From: Marsupella aquatica
Lineage: Eukaryota; Plantae; Marchantiophyta
Assembly (NCBI GenBank): GCA_973895155.1
Contig: OZ316891.1
Coordinates: 31,937,112 to 32,001,111, forward strand
Length of the DNA stretch: 64,000 bases
Direction of reading: 5' to 3'
Every line of letters begins with the position of its first letter. The stretch's first letter is position 1. The notes under the pieces are model-generated. The model was not told the origin of the DNA and did not search any database. It worked only from the letters and a program-made list of their open reading frames with translations. Shown here piece after piece: positions 38,778-51,460 of this stretch. The position numbers were made by a program, and so were the translations under genes.

Positions 38778-41700
38778 ATGGAAGCGGCAGGAGCACGGAG
38801 AGCAGAGGTTCCCCCGGCCAAGAACAAGAATGGAGCCTTGTCGGCCGAAGAGAAGATCCGCAACTCCATTACAGAGGTCCAACGTATCGAGGAGAGCCGA
38901 CCGGTACTTGACAAAGCCTACGTTTACGGCTTGGTCCGAATGGACCGCTATCTATCAACATCTCAATCAGGAGAAATCTGCTCACGAATCACTAAGGTAG
39001 CCATGTCACCCGAGGGGATGTTTATTACGTACCGGGGAATGACGTATAGTTTCTACAACTCAAAGCTGTGCGCAATGTTCGATCTTCCCAGGGTTGGAGA
39101 ACTACCTCTCATGTACCAAGTAGACCCCATCGAGGAAGCAGCCGTAGCGAACTTCTTGCAATAGGCGGATGTCCGAATAAGTTGGGGAAATATACAGTAT
39201 GGCGCCATCCAGCAAAAGGAGTATCGCAACTTCATCGAGTTTTGCACCAAGTGGGTGATGGTTAAGAGCGGGTACCACCATGCCACACTACCAAGGATTG
39301 CCGTCGCAAGGGCCCTATTCTTGGGATCCCTCCATCCGCTTCAATTATGGAAGGCAAGTGTATCCACTGTGATCGACACGAAAGGTTGTCCAAAGTTCCC
39401 GTCACTATTAGCGTATCAATTAGCAGTTGTAGTTTTTGAGATCCTACAGACAGTAAGTAGAGTTCTGCCGGAGAATTCGGACTCAGGAGAGTCGGAGTCA
39501 GAAGATGAAGAAGAAGCCCAGGGGATATTACCAGTAAGAGCGGAGTTGGGATCCACAGCTAACGTTAATGTGGATCCGCCAGAATATGATGAAGAAGATT
39601 TTGAGGATGACGAAGAGGACGAGGAAGAGGAGGGGGAAGCACCTCAAAATTCGGATGCAGAGAGCGAAGGAGGGGCAGAGGCCTTACGAAACCTGAAGGA
39701 GCAGGCCGAGCAATATCGCAAGAGCCTCAAGAGGAAACGGAGGGCAGTAACCCTCCCGGAGGAAGATGAAGATGAAGAAGAAGAAGAAGAAGAAGAGAGG
39801 AATGGCACCTTCCAACAACCCACGCTGTCCGAACTTCCAGATAGCACCAATCTGGCAGAGTTGAGGACTTTTGCCCAACGTCTGACGTTCATCGGGAAGC
39901 CAATCCCCAACACCAGGGATCTACGTTACTGGTTTAGGGATTTGAAGGAGACCAAGGCAATGGCGACGATAGCAGTTATGGAATGTGAGGGCAAGACTCG
40001 GGACATGGAGAAGCTGAGGGTAGCAGAAGAGAAGGTTGAGCGACTCCTCGCAAAGGTACGAAAGAAGTCCGATTCTAACAAGCTGATATTGAAACAGCTG
40101 GAGGACTCAGAAGGATTGCTAGACAAGGCGAGGGAGAAAAATGAGGAAGCAACCACAGCCCTACAGCAGGCCCGGGAGGCGGTCCGGACAGAGAAGGTTG
40201 GGACACAGGCCCTAAAGGTCGAGTTAGGAAATGCCCAGAAGGAAAGAAAGAAGCTGCAGGAGCTACTGGCTGACAAGGAGGAAGAATGGAGCCACCTATT
40301 GTCTACCGCCAAAGAGGAATTAAAGGAGGTAACCACCCAGCACGCGAAGTGCGGTTCTACATCCCATCAGATGGCCGATGAGCTGCAAAGGGTAATTAAA
40401 GAGTTGGAGCAGAGTGTACTAGGGGAAGGAGAACAATTGGCACTCCGGCTGTCCGACCAGTTGGCTGCACATGGGAAAATGGCAGAAGAGCTCATAGAGA
40501 AAGAGGCGTCAGCCAGACTAGGGGCTTTGGAATGCGAAGAGAAGCTCCAAGGAGTAAGGAGAACCAATCATGAGCTACAAGGACAATTAGAGGAGAAGCA
40601 GGCATACGTTGCTGCGTTAGAAGAAGAAGGAGAAAGAAGAGAGAAGGAGAGGAAGAGATGGCTACAGGAAGTAGCAAGTAAGGAGCTCGTCCAGAAATGC
40701 AGTAAGGTGGTCCGTATTCCGAAGGACACTTACAAGGCCTAGGACCTGGAAGTGCAAGGCCTGCGAAATGAGGCTGCCACGGCAGCTAAGTTATTGAAGG
40801 ATGCACTAGCAGATCCGGTGCACAAGAGGAGGCTGGAACAGCTCAAGAAGGTGAGTGTAAACTCATGGAAACTATTCACGGGGCAGAAGATAGCATCCCG
40901 AAATGCTATTGAAGTTGATGAAGCTATGGGGTTGGAAACTCTCCGTGTTATTTTGGCCGCAGCGGGGATTAACAAGAGGGCCATTCGTCCGGACGACTGC
41001 GACCAGATATGGTACGACATCCCGGTCCAGATCAGATTTATGCTTCCATTCTTTGAATGGTCGGGAGCCATTGGGTTCACCCAACCCACAGACTTATATT
41101 TTTGATTGGGAGGAAGGGCCAATAGCAGAGTAACGCAAATTTTGTTGTCCGAACTGGAGCGAGAGCACCCAGGCCATCCTCATTATGTGGCCCTCATAAC
41201 AGATGCAAACACTACGCATCCCGACTATCCGGCACGGAAATTGCATTGGTTCTATAGTTTAGCAGTACATAGGAAAGCCTTTGATTTAGTAGAAGTAGTG
41301 ATGAAGTCCTGGGTGGCGAGAGAAATCCACACCAATTGTGGGAAGTATACCCTGCCCCGCTGGTTACCTTTCTCCAAAAGGCCGGATGGCACAACACAGA
41401 GAGAAATGGGACGAGGGTGATTTTCAATCCTTACTACACCTCCCATCTTATGGTAACCAATGAGTGGATGAGCTTCGTAGACCTCCCCGTCCTACCCCAA
41501 TTCAGTCATATTGCCATGACTCACTTTTATTCACTAGGTAGGGATCCGGCTGCAGTGGCTTGTGCGGGGGACACTATCCGGACCGACGAGCTTCCCTTCG
41601 ATCCAGTTGTTTTGTGTTTGGGTGTTTGGGAGAAGACATCCTTTTGGGAAAGGGTGACCCCTACGGAGAATGTAATTAGATGGTTAGAGGCAAGTGTACA

Positions 41701-42239
41701 TAATAATAGATTAGGAAATTACTTCGGACCTGCAATCTTCTGGACACCACACCAATTCTTCCGGGAGCTTGACGACGGGTTTGGTCTACACATCGAGACC
41801 AACCCTATAGCTGTATATCATTCAATATGGCAGCATGATCCCCGGGTTAGGATGAGACTGCCCCAGCACGAGGCCGACCCCCCATCAAGTCTTTTGGGTC
41901 AACTCAGGCGGTGGATAAATGCCCTTACGAATCGATATCCTTTCGGGCGTTCGCCCAAAACGTACGGAACCCAATCCTGACGCCGTGGACGACGAAATCG
42001 AGGTTCAGGAAGAAGGGGGTCCTAACACTTACGAAGAATACCACAATTGGTGGGTAGTTGCGGGTGAGACGCCGGGGGAAAGGGAGGAACGACGCTTGAG
42101 ACAGCGGAATGAGTTTCGACGACAGCGCTGGGCTTGCCGCCGGATTGTGGCAGTGGCAGCAAGGGATGCGAAGGCAGCCGCGTGGGAGGCCGCCCATGAA
42201 AGAGGAACAGGGCGGCCGCCTATTGTGTTGGAGGAGTGA
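38778..42239 (+). pseudogene. ORF of about 1150 codons: N-terminal mobile-domain-like region, acidic tracts, long coiled coil and a C-terminal domain homologous to that of 13200-15563
   Basis: One frame through TAG 39162, TAG 40740 and TGA 41103, then two frameshifts near 41390 and 41960. Confidence 0.8.
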
Positions 42240-42455
42240 ACGAGCGGCGGATAGGATTAGGTTAGGAAGAGCACATTACTCAGTAGAATGACGGTGGCCA
42301 TTGGCCCATTCTTAGGACGGATTGCAAAGTATTTAAACCCCTGGTCTGTGTGTAGAAGGGGTGAGAGCATTGCTCAGTTATATCATACACATTCTTGCAA
42401 GCAGGATCACGTTGGTGTGTAATGTTCTTTCCCGTTCTGATAAGTCAGTTTTTGT

Positions 42456-42575
42456 TGAATTCGCAGTAGAGAATGTCGTTGAGGAAGTAGGGTTCGGATG
42501 CTAACACTAGTGACATGAATTCACAGTAGAGAATGTCGTTGAGGAAGTAGGGTTCGGATGCTAACACTAGTGACA
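42456..42575. repeat. 60-bp tandem duplication
   Basis: TGAATTC.CAGTAGAGAATGTCG...CTAGTGACA twice, with one mismatch. Confidence 0.9.
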
Positions 42576-45500
42576 ACAAGTGGATGTTTTCCCCTATATT
42601 GTAGTCTATCCGGACCACTGTCAAGAACGGACGAGCTCAATTGTTGTTGATGACTATGTGTCTCGCCTACGATAAGAGTAAGGATGAAGAGCCCCAATGG
42701 TGAGGTGAGTTTAGGAGTCTACCTAGAAATTAACCCCTACGCTCCACCTCTTGTCTCCGCCCTGTGGAATAACCCATAGGACGAAGGCCTTTTATACATT
42801 GCTCTGGCGGCATACGCACTGTTTGGGGGTGGCTAAGGGAAAAGAGGTAGTATCCCCTTTTTCCCTACCCGTTTTCCTATCCCCCGGGTGGTTCGGATGC
42901 AGTCGGAAGGGTTCACCTCTGCTAATGAACCATCTTGTGATCTCGTGGTCAGAATAAGAGAAGGTTTGCTCGGGGGAGGTTCGAACGAAGTAGAGCACTC
43001 TGAGCGGACGTCCAGGCTAAGCCTAGACCAAACTCACAGCCCTATACTTGGTCCGAATACCATCATGATAGGACGTCGGGTACGGAAGCCTGTAGCAAGG
43101 ATACTGTCACATATTATTGTACAAGAGAAATAATTGTGATTGTCTACACGACTCTCTTGTAGAATATGGAAGAGGATATCGCTTTTCTTAAGCCGTGTGG
43201 ATAATCTCTTAGTGATGTTCTTTGTAATTGCTGTGTACTTCAATCATGCTTCATGAACTAAGTGAGACTACCAATAAAATTTATATAGCCGCTTCTTTCA
43301 AGTTGTGCACTTTAACGACTTTCTTTTTTCCGGACCTCATTCCTCTGGTGACCCATCCTGAGTTGACCTTCATCTCCTGAACCTGGGCTTCTGCCCCTAG
43401 TCTTTCGGGTGGGCGAGAAGATGTGTGGCGGGAGATGCATATATTATTAATTATTCTTGTGAAGGGCGTCAACCATTCCCTCCCGTTGGACCGTAGATGG
43501 CCGTCTGTTGCACTCAGGAGGGCAGCGATTTAATTATTGACTGTACACACAGTCCAGTCATACACACACTTCATCTGACTGACAAACCGATCAGGATTGG
43601 GTTCACACTAAGTAGCTAATAAGTAGTTTAGGGTTTTGTGGGAAGTCGAGTTATGTACAATTTCTTTCTCTTCCTTAGAAGGCCCCTATACAACCTTATG
43701 TCTAGCTCGGGCCGGGGCTCGGGCCAAACTGTCCAGCATAGCACAAGCCTGGAGAACCCATGGCCTCCCTTGAAGCTCATTGTTTGTTTCCCGAACAAAC
43801 TAGAAAAAGTCCACCATAGATTCTACTTTCAGGAGGTGATGTAAAGCCTAAAGCAAAATTAGGCTTATCTTTCTGTTAACCTGATTCGGAGACAGTCCAA
43901 CTTGCCGTCCGCGGAAGGTGAACTGAATGGCATCCACAAGGTTTTGTTTTGTGTGCATTCACATTTAATTCAATTTCAATTGACAATCATAATGGAAAAT
44001 GAGAAATGCAACATAGAAGTGCGCACAGAACTGTGGACCAATGGTATCTCCCAAAAATCCTTTGGAGACTAGCAATGATGTGGATGAATTGGCTCGGGCG
44101 ACGGGCCAGCACACAATGGGGCAAAATCAAAACGAGGGGGGCAAGTCCGATCCGTCATGATTGAGCCGCCGCATCCCATCCGTATTCAATTCCCGTTGCC
44201 TGACGGGTCCAAGTCAAAGTTTGACTGGGATCGGGCCTCGGTTTCAGGTGTTTAGGGTGCCCGATAGTGACAAACTGACAGCCCTAAACCCTAAAATTCA
44301 GGGAGACTAGTCCCTGTTTTGTCATTAAATGCATATTGGTTTTCCCCCACTATTTTTAAAAATTTGTTTTCTGCAACTAAATCGCGTGTGATTTAAAAAA
44401 AAAATTGATGCGATTTTGCCATATTGAGTAACCATAGAGACGTGAATTGTGATATGATTTTGATAGCACATTTTGTGGTTGTTTCACCAACATTGAGCTC
44501 AAATTTTTCATATAACTGCTTTTACATTTGTTACTATGTGCATCCTAATGCTCATTTTTATGAATTCAATTAGTGCATTGTGTCCTAAGCTAAACAATAA
44601 AAATTACCATTTAAGTGACATTGTGTAAATTGCCTGAAATGCTCTAGCTAGGTGCTCAACTCTGAAAAAAACTTTCACAATAATAACACCAACAAAATGC
44701 TGAAGTCTAAGGGTGTTTTTAATTCAAATTTAATGCATGTAAATTTAATACAAATTTATAACACTCCTCTGAATGCACTTTGGCTATATAATTTATGTGA
44801 AAGAATTGAGCTGGACCCACATACTAGTTAATATGTGCTTTTCTTTGCAGGTACTCTACATGATGTACTCCCTTCTTTCATCATAAATAAATTAAAATAA
44901 TTACACATCACTATAAGACGTATTTATTTTTTGAATAACATGTTCCACGGTTCACACTTTTATAACGTTGTCGTCGTTTAAAATTGGAGTGCCAAATAGG
45001 AAAGTAATCAATAAATAGAAAATATAATGTAAATTAGCATAGCGTGGACCTAAATGACCAGAAACCTTTCACACAATAAGGAATGAAATGGTGATCAGAA
45101 AAGACAAAAACTAAAACAAATCCGGTTAGTACCTCATTTTATTATCATGCATGCACCACAAAAGCTACATGCCACATTGACATTTCACCCAAAGGAATTA
45201 AAAAAACAAAGAAGAAAAAACAAAGACATTGACATTTGTAGAGGAACAAAAGGGAATCCATAGCAATAAACACTCTCTAGAAATAAACAAAACATTAAAT
45301 GCTCCCTCTCATCCCGTTTTTTCTCATGCTGCAGTACATGTACAATACTCTGGGGAAAATACTTTACTCTCCTCAAGTGAGGCCTAGTTACAAAAGACAA
45401 AGTATAGCAGACCAATGTATTTTGGGCCCCCCATCACATGTACTGAACTAAAGTTCAGCCAATCACAAATTAGAAAATTAAAATCAATTTAAAACTGCGG

Positions 45501-45740
45501 GAAATCTGTTTATCACCTTTGGGGTGACATTCGACAATTTGAAAACCACACGACGATCGCGATTTCTACACTCGCTTACCCTAAACCCTAAATCTGCCCG
45601 TTCTGGGAAGTCGGCATCCTTAACCGAATTGGAGCAGACAAAAATGTGGCTTAAACGGGCTTTGGCTTCGATGGGAGGTCATTTTTTTGCCATAGCGAAG
45701 TGATTGTAGTTGGGAGATCGGCACTGCAGCAAACAACCTC

Positions 45741-46380
45741 ATGGATCGAATTGAGACCACGCTTGAGCCAGGACGACATGTTTTGCCTCCGGAGGCTGTG
45801 AGCTTTTCACCCGCCGTGTCCATATCGACTGAGGTGACTGATTCGACCAATTTTCGCAATCGGCACCTTCTTCCTCCAGACGAGGCGGTTAGTCCCGGGG
45901 AGCGTCATGTCCTTTGGGTTCGAGACTCCCCCCCAAGGTCGATCGCGGAATGGTTTACCATTCATAGGCCTCCATATCCAGTGACTCTAACTCGAGCGAC
46001 CGAGATGCGTTGCGCGGAGTTTCATGGCCGCGTTGATTTCCAGAATACTATGACGCCGGGTGTTGCCCAAGCTAGGACGGATGAACGCCGACCTTCTCGT
46101 GGATATATCAGAACCCGAGGGTTGGGATTTAAAGCTGATCTATACCGAACTGCAGCTGGTCTCAACGATGATTGCGCGTCATCCACAAAACAGTAGGCTT
46201 GGCATGGCGGGACTGCTCCACAATGGGCCACAATGTCCAATGCCGACACATCATCTTGTCACGGTGACATGAGCAGCATCGTCGTTTGGCTGTGACACAA
46301 GCATTCCGTTTGTGCACGCCATGCATGTGTTGCACAAATATAGAAACTACTTTTAGCAAGGATGAGGACAGTTTGTGTCA
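45741..46380 (+). pseudogene. Possible decayed SWIM-zinc-finger-like gene
   Basis: The pieces PNCS(W), CRHI, FVHA and TFSKDE occur in order but across different frames. Confidence 0.3.
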
Positions 46381-47375
46381 CTCAAATGTTGCAGAATACA
46401 AGAGCAGTGCGCCGGTTCATGTTCTAGTTACATAATGTTGTTTCATATGCCTCTGTGCACGATATATATAAACCTATATTCGTTTTGACTTATGTAGTGC
46501 AATGTGCCTTGTATGTCTCGTGTGGCTTGAATGTTATCCAGCAGCTGTGCATGCTGGAAAATACTAATCCGCAGTGTGGAATTTGAATTGTATAAGTGTG
46601 CGTGGGGCAGCTAGCAGAGCTCAGCCCTCATAAATCCACAACACATTCATGCACAAAGGAATGTGAACCTTTTAGGGTGTGCGGAATGTGAACCCACACT
46701 CTCCGAAAACATCTACCCGTACATAGTCCCAACTTATTCATTGGAAAAGGTTTGATCAATTGCCCTCTTTCTATATGGGTTACGAATGTAAACTTTAGGA
46801 TGCGTCGGTACTGGTTTTGAGCCCAAAAGCACACGCAATGAGATAGGCACGACATGTGATAGAGTTACGTGTGTCCATGTACGATTGTTTAAAGCAGTAT
46901 TGCTGCTGTATAGTTTCGCAAAGCTAGATTCACATTTGCGACGCATGACGTTAGGAACTTCTCAATCGTCCCGTGCCCGATGAAGTGAGTGGGTTGGTAG
47001 GGGCCTTGGATCACCTCATCTATTCGATTCTGCCAGTTCCGGCCTCTAAGTCACTCGATTAACAATTCAAAATAATGTCGATGAAGCCTTAAAACTCTGA
47101 ACTAACAATCAACTTGATGTCAAGTGCTCGGAACTTGAGTAAGAGAATTCCACTTCAAAACTAATGGTTCCTCGCCATCGCTCCCGAATATGAAGGAATA
47201 CATGAGTCGAGTAGCATCCACATCCAGAAGAGAGAAGAGAGAAGAGAGTATGCAAGCACGCACTAGATTGGGCAGGATCCATAGCATTGATAGGCAGTGA
47301 GTTTTGAAGACTTCTATCTCCCTCAGTAAAATAGGATGAAAAAGTCTTATATCCGGAAGAGTAACTATATATATA

Positions 47376-47400
47376 GGGTTTAGGGTTTAGGGTTTAGGGT
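47376..47400 (+). repeat. Interstitial telomeric repeat, about 3.5 copies of TTTAGGG
   Basis: GGGTTTAGGGTTTAGGGTTTAGGGT directly after (TA)5. Confidence 0.95.
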
Positions 47401-48045
47401 GAGTTTTGTGAGTGGTGTGTTGCAGGGTTGAGGGTGGCCGAGGTTTGTGAGGGTTGAGTGTTGTGGGGTAGAGGGGTGTGGAGAGTTGAGTTTTGCGAGA
47501 GGTGTGCTGCAGGGTTGAGGGTGGTCGGGGTGAGTGCCCGGGTGAGTGAGTTTGGAGTTTTGTGAGGGGTGTGTTGCAGGGTTGAGGGGTTTGGAGTTTT
47601 GTGAGTGGTCTGCTGCAGGGTTGAGGGTTTTGTGAGTGGTGTATTGCAGGGTTGAGGGTGGTCGAGGTTTGTGAGGGTTGAGTGTTGTGGGGTTGAGGGG
47701 TGTGGAGAGTGGAGTTTTGTGAGTGGTGTGTGTGGGTTGAGGGCTCTGGGGTTGAGGGGTTTGGAGTTTTGCGAGTGGTGTGTGTTGGAGGGTCGTTGTG
47801 GGGTTTGGAGTTTTGAGTGAGTTTGGAGTTTGGAGTTTTGTGAGGGGTGTGTTGTAGGGTTGACAGAGGGGTTTGGAGTTTTGTGAGTGGTGTGCTGCTG
47901 GGTTGAGGGTTTTGTGAGTGGTGTGTTGCAGGGTTGAGGGTGGTCGAGGTTTGTGAGGGTTGAGTGTTGTGGGGTTGAGGGGTGTGGAGAGTGGAGTTTT
48001 GTGAGTGGTGTGTGTGGGTTGAGGGCTCTGGGGTTGAGGGGTTTG
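47401..48045 (+). repeat. G-rich telomere-variant array (GGGTTGA / GAGTTTTGT) with a 282-bp higher-order duplication
   Basis: Matching blocks start at 47646 and 47928; the strand is strongly depleted of C. Confidence 0.9.
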
Positions 48046-48124
48046 GAATCCATCTTGGCCACGAATTTATGCGTGAATATTTTTTGGAAAAAACCCTTAA
48101 AATGTGCCTCAAAAAACCCTGGAA

Positions 48125-48145
48125 TTTAGGGTTTAGGGTTTAGGG
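48125..48145 (+). repeat. Interstitial telomeric repeat (TTTAGGG)3
   Basis: Three exact copies, followed by 12-13-bp GCCCCGAGTTT repeats. Confidence 0.95.
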
Positions 48146-48687
48146 TTTTTCGCCCCGAGTTTGGCCCCGAGTTTGGCCCCGAGTTTTCGCCCCGAGTTTG
48201 GCCCCGAGTTTTCGCCCCTTGTTTTCGAAGTGGTCCATCAGTTTTGGGGCATGGTTTTTTGGGGTGAAAAGGCCCTCTGAAAAAGGCCGAAAATAGGCCC
48301 GAAAAAAGCCCGAAAAAAAGGGAAAAAAAGGGAAAAGGGGGAAGTTTTTCCCCGGGGAATCCATCTTGGCCAGGAATTTATGCGTGAATATTTTTTGGAA
48401 AAAACCCTAAAAATCTGCCTCAAAAAACCCTGGAAAAAACCCTAAAAAATAAAAAGGTGCGTCGACAATAATGTCCTGACCTCCGGTTGGTCCGTTATTG
48501 TCTCCGCACCGGAAGGTAGGATGGAGGGGATGAATCAACCCTAATAGGCCGTTCGGCCAGGGCCTCCGGCCAGAAGGTAGGATAGGGGGGTGAGATCCAA
48601 TAGGGCCGATCAAAAACCCTAAAAAGTGCTTCCTAAGGGAGATATCCAGGACCATATAAAACCCCTAAAACCCTAAGAACCCTAAGA

Positions 48688-49647
48688 AACCCTAATCTAG
48701 CTATGATATGCACTTGAAAATCCTCACCTAGTAAAACCCTAACCCTACACCCTAAACTAGAGGCGATCGCAACCCTAATGTAGCGGTGATATTCGCATGA
48801 AAATCCTCTCCATGTAAAACCCTAACCCTACACCCTAAACTAGAGGCGATCGCGCCGGAGGCGGAAGCTCAAAACATTCACGCCGCAGGCGGATCCTCGA
48901 AACCCTAAACCCTTGACACATTCACGCCGCAGGCGGACCCTACAACATTCACGCCGCAGGCGGACCCTCGAAACATTCACGCCGCAGGCGGACCCTCGAC
49001 AAGGGCGGAGGCTCAAGCCATTCATGGTTTAGGCTAGAGGTGATCGCGCCGGAGGTGGACCCTACTTTCTCAAAAAACCCTAAAAAACCCTAAGAACCGT
49101 TACAAACCCTAATCTAGCTATGACATGCACTTGAAAATCCTCTCCTAGTAAAACCCTAACCCTACACCCTAAACTAGAAGCGATTGCAACCCTAATGTAG
49201 TGGTGATATTCGCATGAAAATCCTCTCCATGTAAAACCCTAACCCTACACCCTAAACTAGAGGCGATCGCGCCGGAGGCGGAAGCTCAAAACATTCACGC
49301 CGCAGGCGGACCCTCGACAAGGGCGGAGGCTCAAGCCATTCATGGTTTAGGCTAGAGGTGATCGCGCCGGAGGTGGACCCTACTTTCTCAAAAAACCCTA
49401 AAAAACCCTAAGAACCGTTACAAACCCTAATCTAGCTATGACATGCACTTGAAAATCCTCTCCTAGTAAAACCCTAACCCTACACCCTAAACTAGAAGCG
49501 ATTGCAACCCTAATGTAGTGGTGATATTCGCATGAAAATCCTCTCCATGTAAAACCCTAACCCTACACCCTAAACTAGAGGCGATCGCGCCGGAGGCGGA
49601 AGCTCAAAACATTCACGCCGCAGGTGGACCCTCGAAACCCTAAACCC
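48688..49647. repeat. 318-bp satellite rich in AAACCCT, about 3 units
   Basis: AAACCCTAATCTAGCTATGA at 48688, 49104 and 49422. The first unit is expanded by ACATTCACGCCGCAGGCGGA sub-repeats. Confidence 0.9.
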
Positions 49648-50397
49648 TATATATATTGTCGGCGCATTACAGCCGTAGTGCAGCGGCTGTGTGGCTGTTT
49701 TGGAGGCATGTAACAAGTGTAGTGGCGGTCGTGAAGGAGAGGGTGTGGTCGTGATACAAGCATCTGGCCCGTTCATTTAAAATCCACGGCCAACATTCAT
49801 TGTTGACTTTCCATGCTAACATTTATTGTTTACTTTCCATGGCTGATATTTATTGTTGACTTGTCGTGTCGAGGAGGTACTTTCCACGGCTAACATTTAT
49901 TTTTGACTTTTCACGGTTGATATTTATTGTTGGCTTGTCCTATCGAGGAGAAACTTGTGGCGGAAAAGCAAGTTGATATTTATTGTTGACTTGTCTTGTC
50001 GAGGAGATACTTGTGGCATATAAGCAGGAATGATGATTTGTATACATAATTATGTTAACCGTATATTGTAAGAACTGGGATTTTCCATTGAAGATTGGAT
50101 TAAATTGAAGTCCTTGCGCATGATCTTGCCCATCTATCTCTTCTTATTGACAGTCCAGATTTTCTCTGAATTTCCCCTCCTTCTAGACTAAGTGTTGGCT
50201 TTTCTTTATCATCTTCCTTGTCCATCTTTTACAACTGACTGCACAATGTGTCAGTCTGCCCTTGTTGTGGCTGTCTATACTCAGGGATCAAAGGTTCAAA
50301 GGTTTAGTGTTGATTTTCCCTTTTGTGTTGGATTTTCTTTATCATCTTTCTTATCCATCTTTTACAACATGGTTGTCTCTATCCCAACAAACAACTT

Positions 50398-50870
50398 CCC
50401 CACCAACTCCCAACCCAAAACTCCCCCAACCCACAATGTCAACCCCCACCCACAACCAAACTCCAAACTCCTTCAACCTCCAACACATAACTCCCCAACT
50501 CCCTCAACCCCCAACATACAACTGTCTACCTACCCAACCCAAGACACAATTCCAATCCCTCAACCCTCAACACCCAACAATCCCCAACACCCCTCAATCC
50601 CCAACACACAACTCCCAACCCCCTCAGCCCCCAACCCACAACTCCCCCAACCCACAATGTCAACCCCCACCCACAACCAAACTCCAAACTCCTTCAACCT
50701 CCAACACATAACTCCCCAACTCCCTCAACCCCCAACATACAACTGTCTACCTACCCAACCCAAGACACAACTTCCAATCCCTCAACCCTCAACACCCAAC
50801 AATCCCCAACACCCCTCAATCCCCAACACACAACTCCCAACCCCCTCAGGCCCCAACCCACAACTCCCCT
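50398..50870 (-). repeat. C-rich telomere-variant array (CCCTCAA / CCCAAC) with a 221-bp duplication
   Basis: Matching blocks start at 50420 and 50641; the array ends CCCCTGTATATAT. Confidence 0.85.
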
Positions 50871-51460
50871 GTATATATCTTCTCTGCACAGCGCGTGCAA
50901 TGAGGCCGGTCTTCAGGCCATTTCGGGGTATTTAGGGAGCGCGGTGCATGGTCTCCTACATGCAGTGCACGGTCTCGACGTTTCAACATTTGGACTCCCA
51001 CAACATTATTATTAAAACCTTTAAACTCCGCTAGTATTGATTAGGGTGACTTACGGGTGGTTGCCGTAGGCTCCCATAACATTATTTTTTAAGTGTTCAT
51101 ACACCACTAGCATTCATTGTGACTCACTTGTAGTCCCGCACTCCCATAACATTTCCAATAAAAGTCTTTTGCAGCTATAACATTCATGCTAAAACCATTG
51201 GACTCCCTTAACATCAAAAGTGTCACCATTCAATTAGGTTCGTGAGAAATACAAAGGAAACAAAGCTTGGTCAATGCTTCTAGAATTCCTGTACCAGCCT
51301 TCAATCTGGTTCTTTAATGTGCTTGTCACCTTCAAATTCCCTTCTGCATTATTGTTGGGTCGGTATTTTGGTCGGGAAGCATTGGCCTTCGAGAATTCCT
51401 GCTACTGGCCTTCAATCTGGTCCTTGACTGTGCTCGCCACCTCCAAATTCCCTTCAATCT

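Larger units (their letters stand above)
38251..43607 (+). mobile_element. 5.36-kb TG..CA unit, possibly a giant ORF-bearing solo LTR
   Basis: TGTGGACCC...GGGTTCACA inverted termini. The left end coincides with truncation of the copia integrase, and a TATTTAAA box lies at about 42330. No TSD. Confidence 0.45.

Noticed and set aside
46949-47365. LTR-like segment cut by the telomere repeats
   Set aside because: The resemblance is compositional only; there is no second copy, PBS or TSD in the window.
47387-48112. Long Pro/Thr/His-rich ORFs, also at 50192-50935
   Set aside because: These are stop-free translations of low-complexity G-rich or C-rich arrays.
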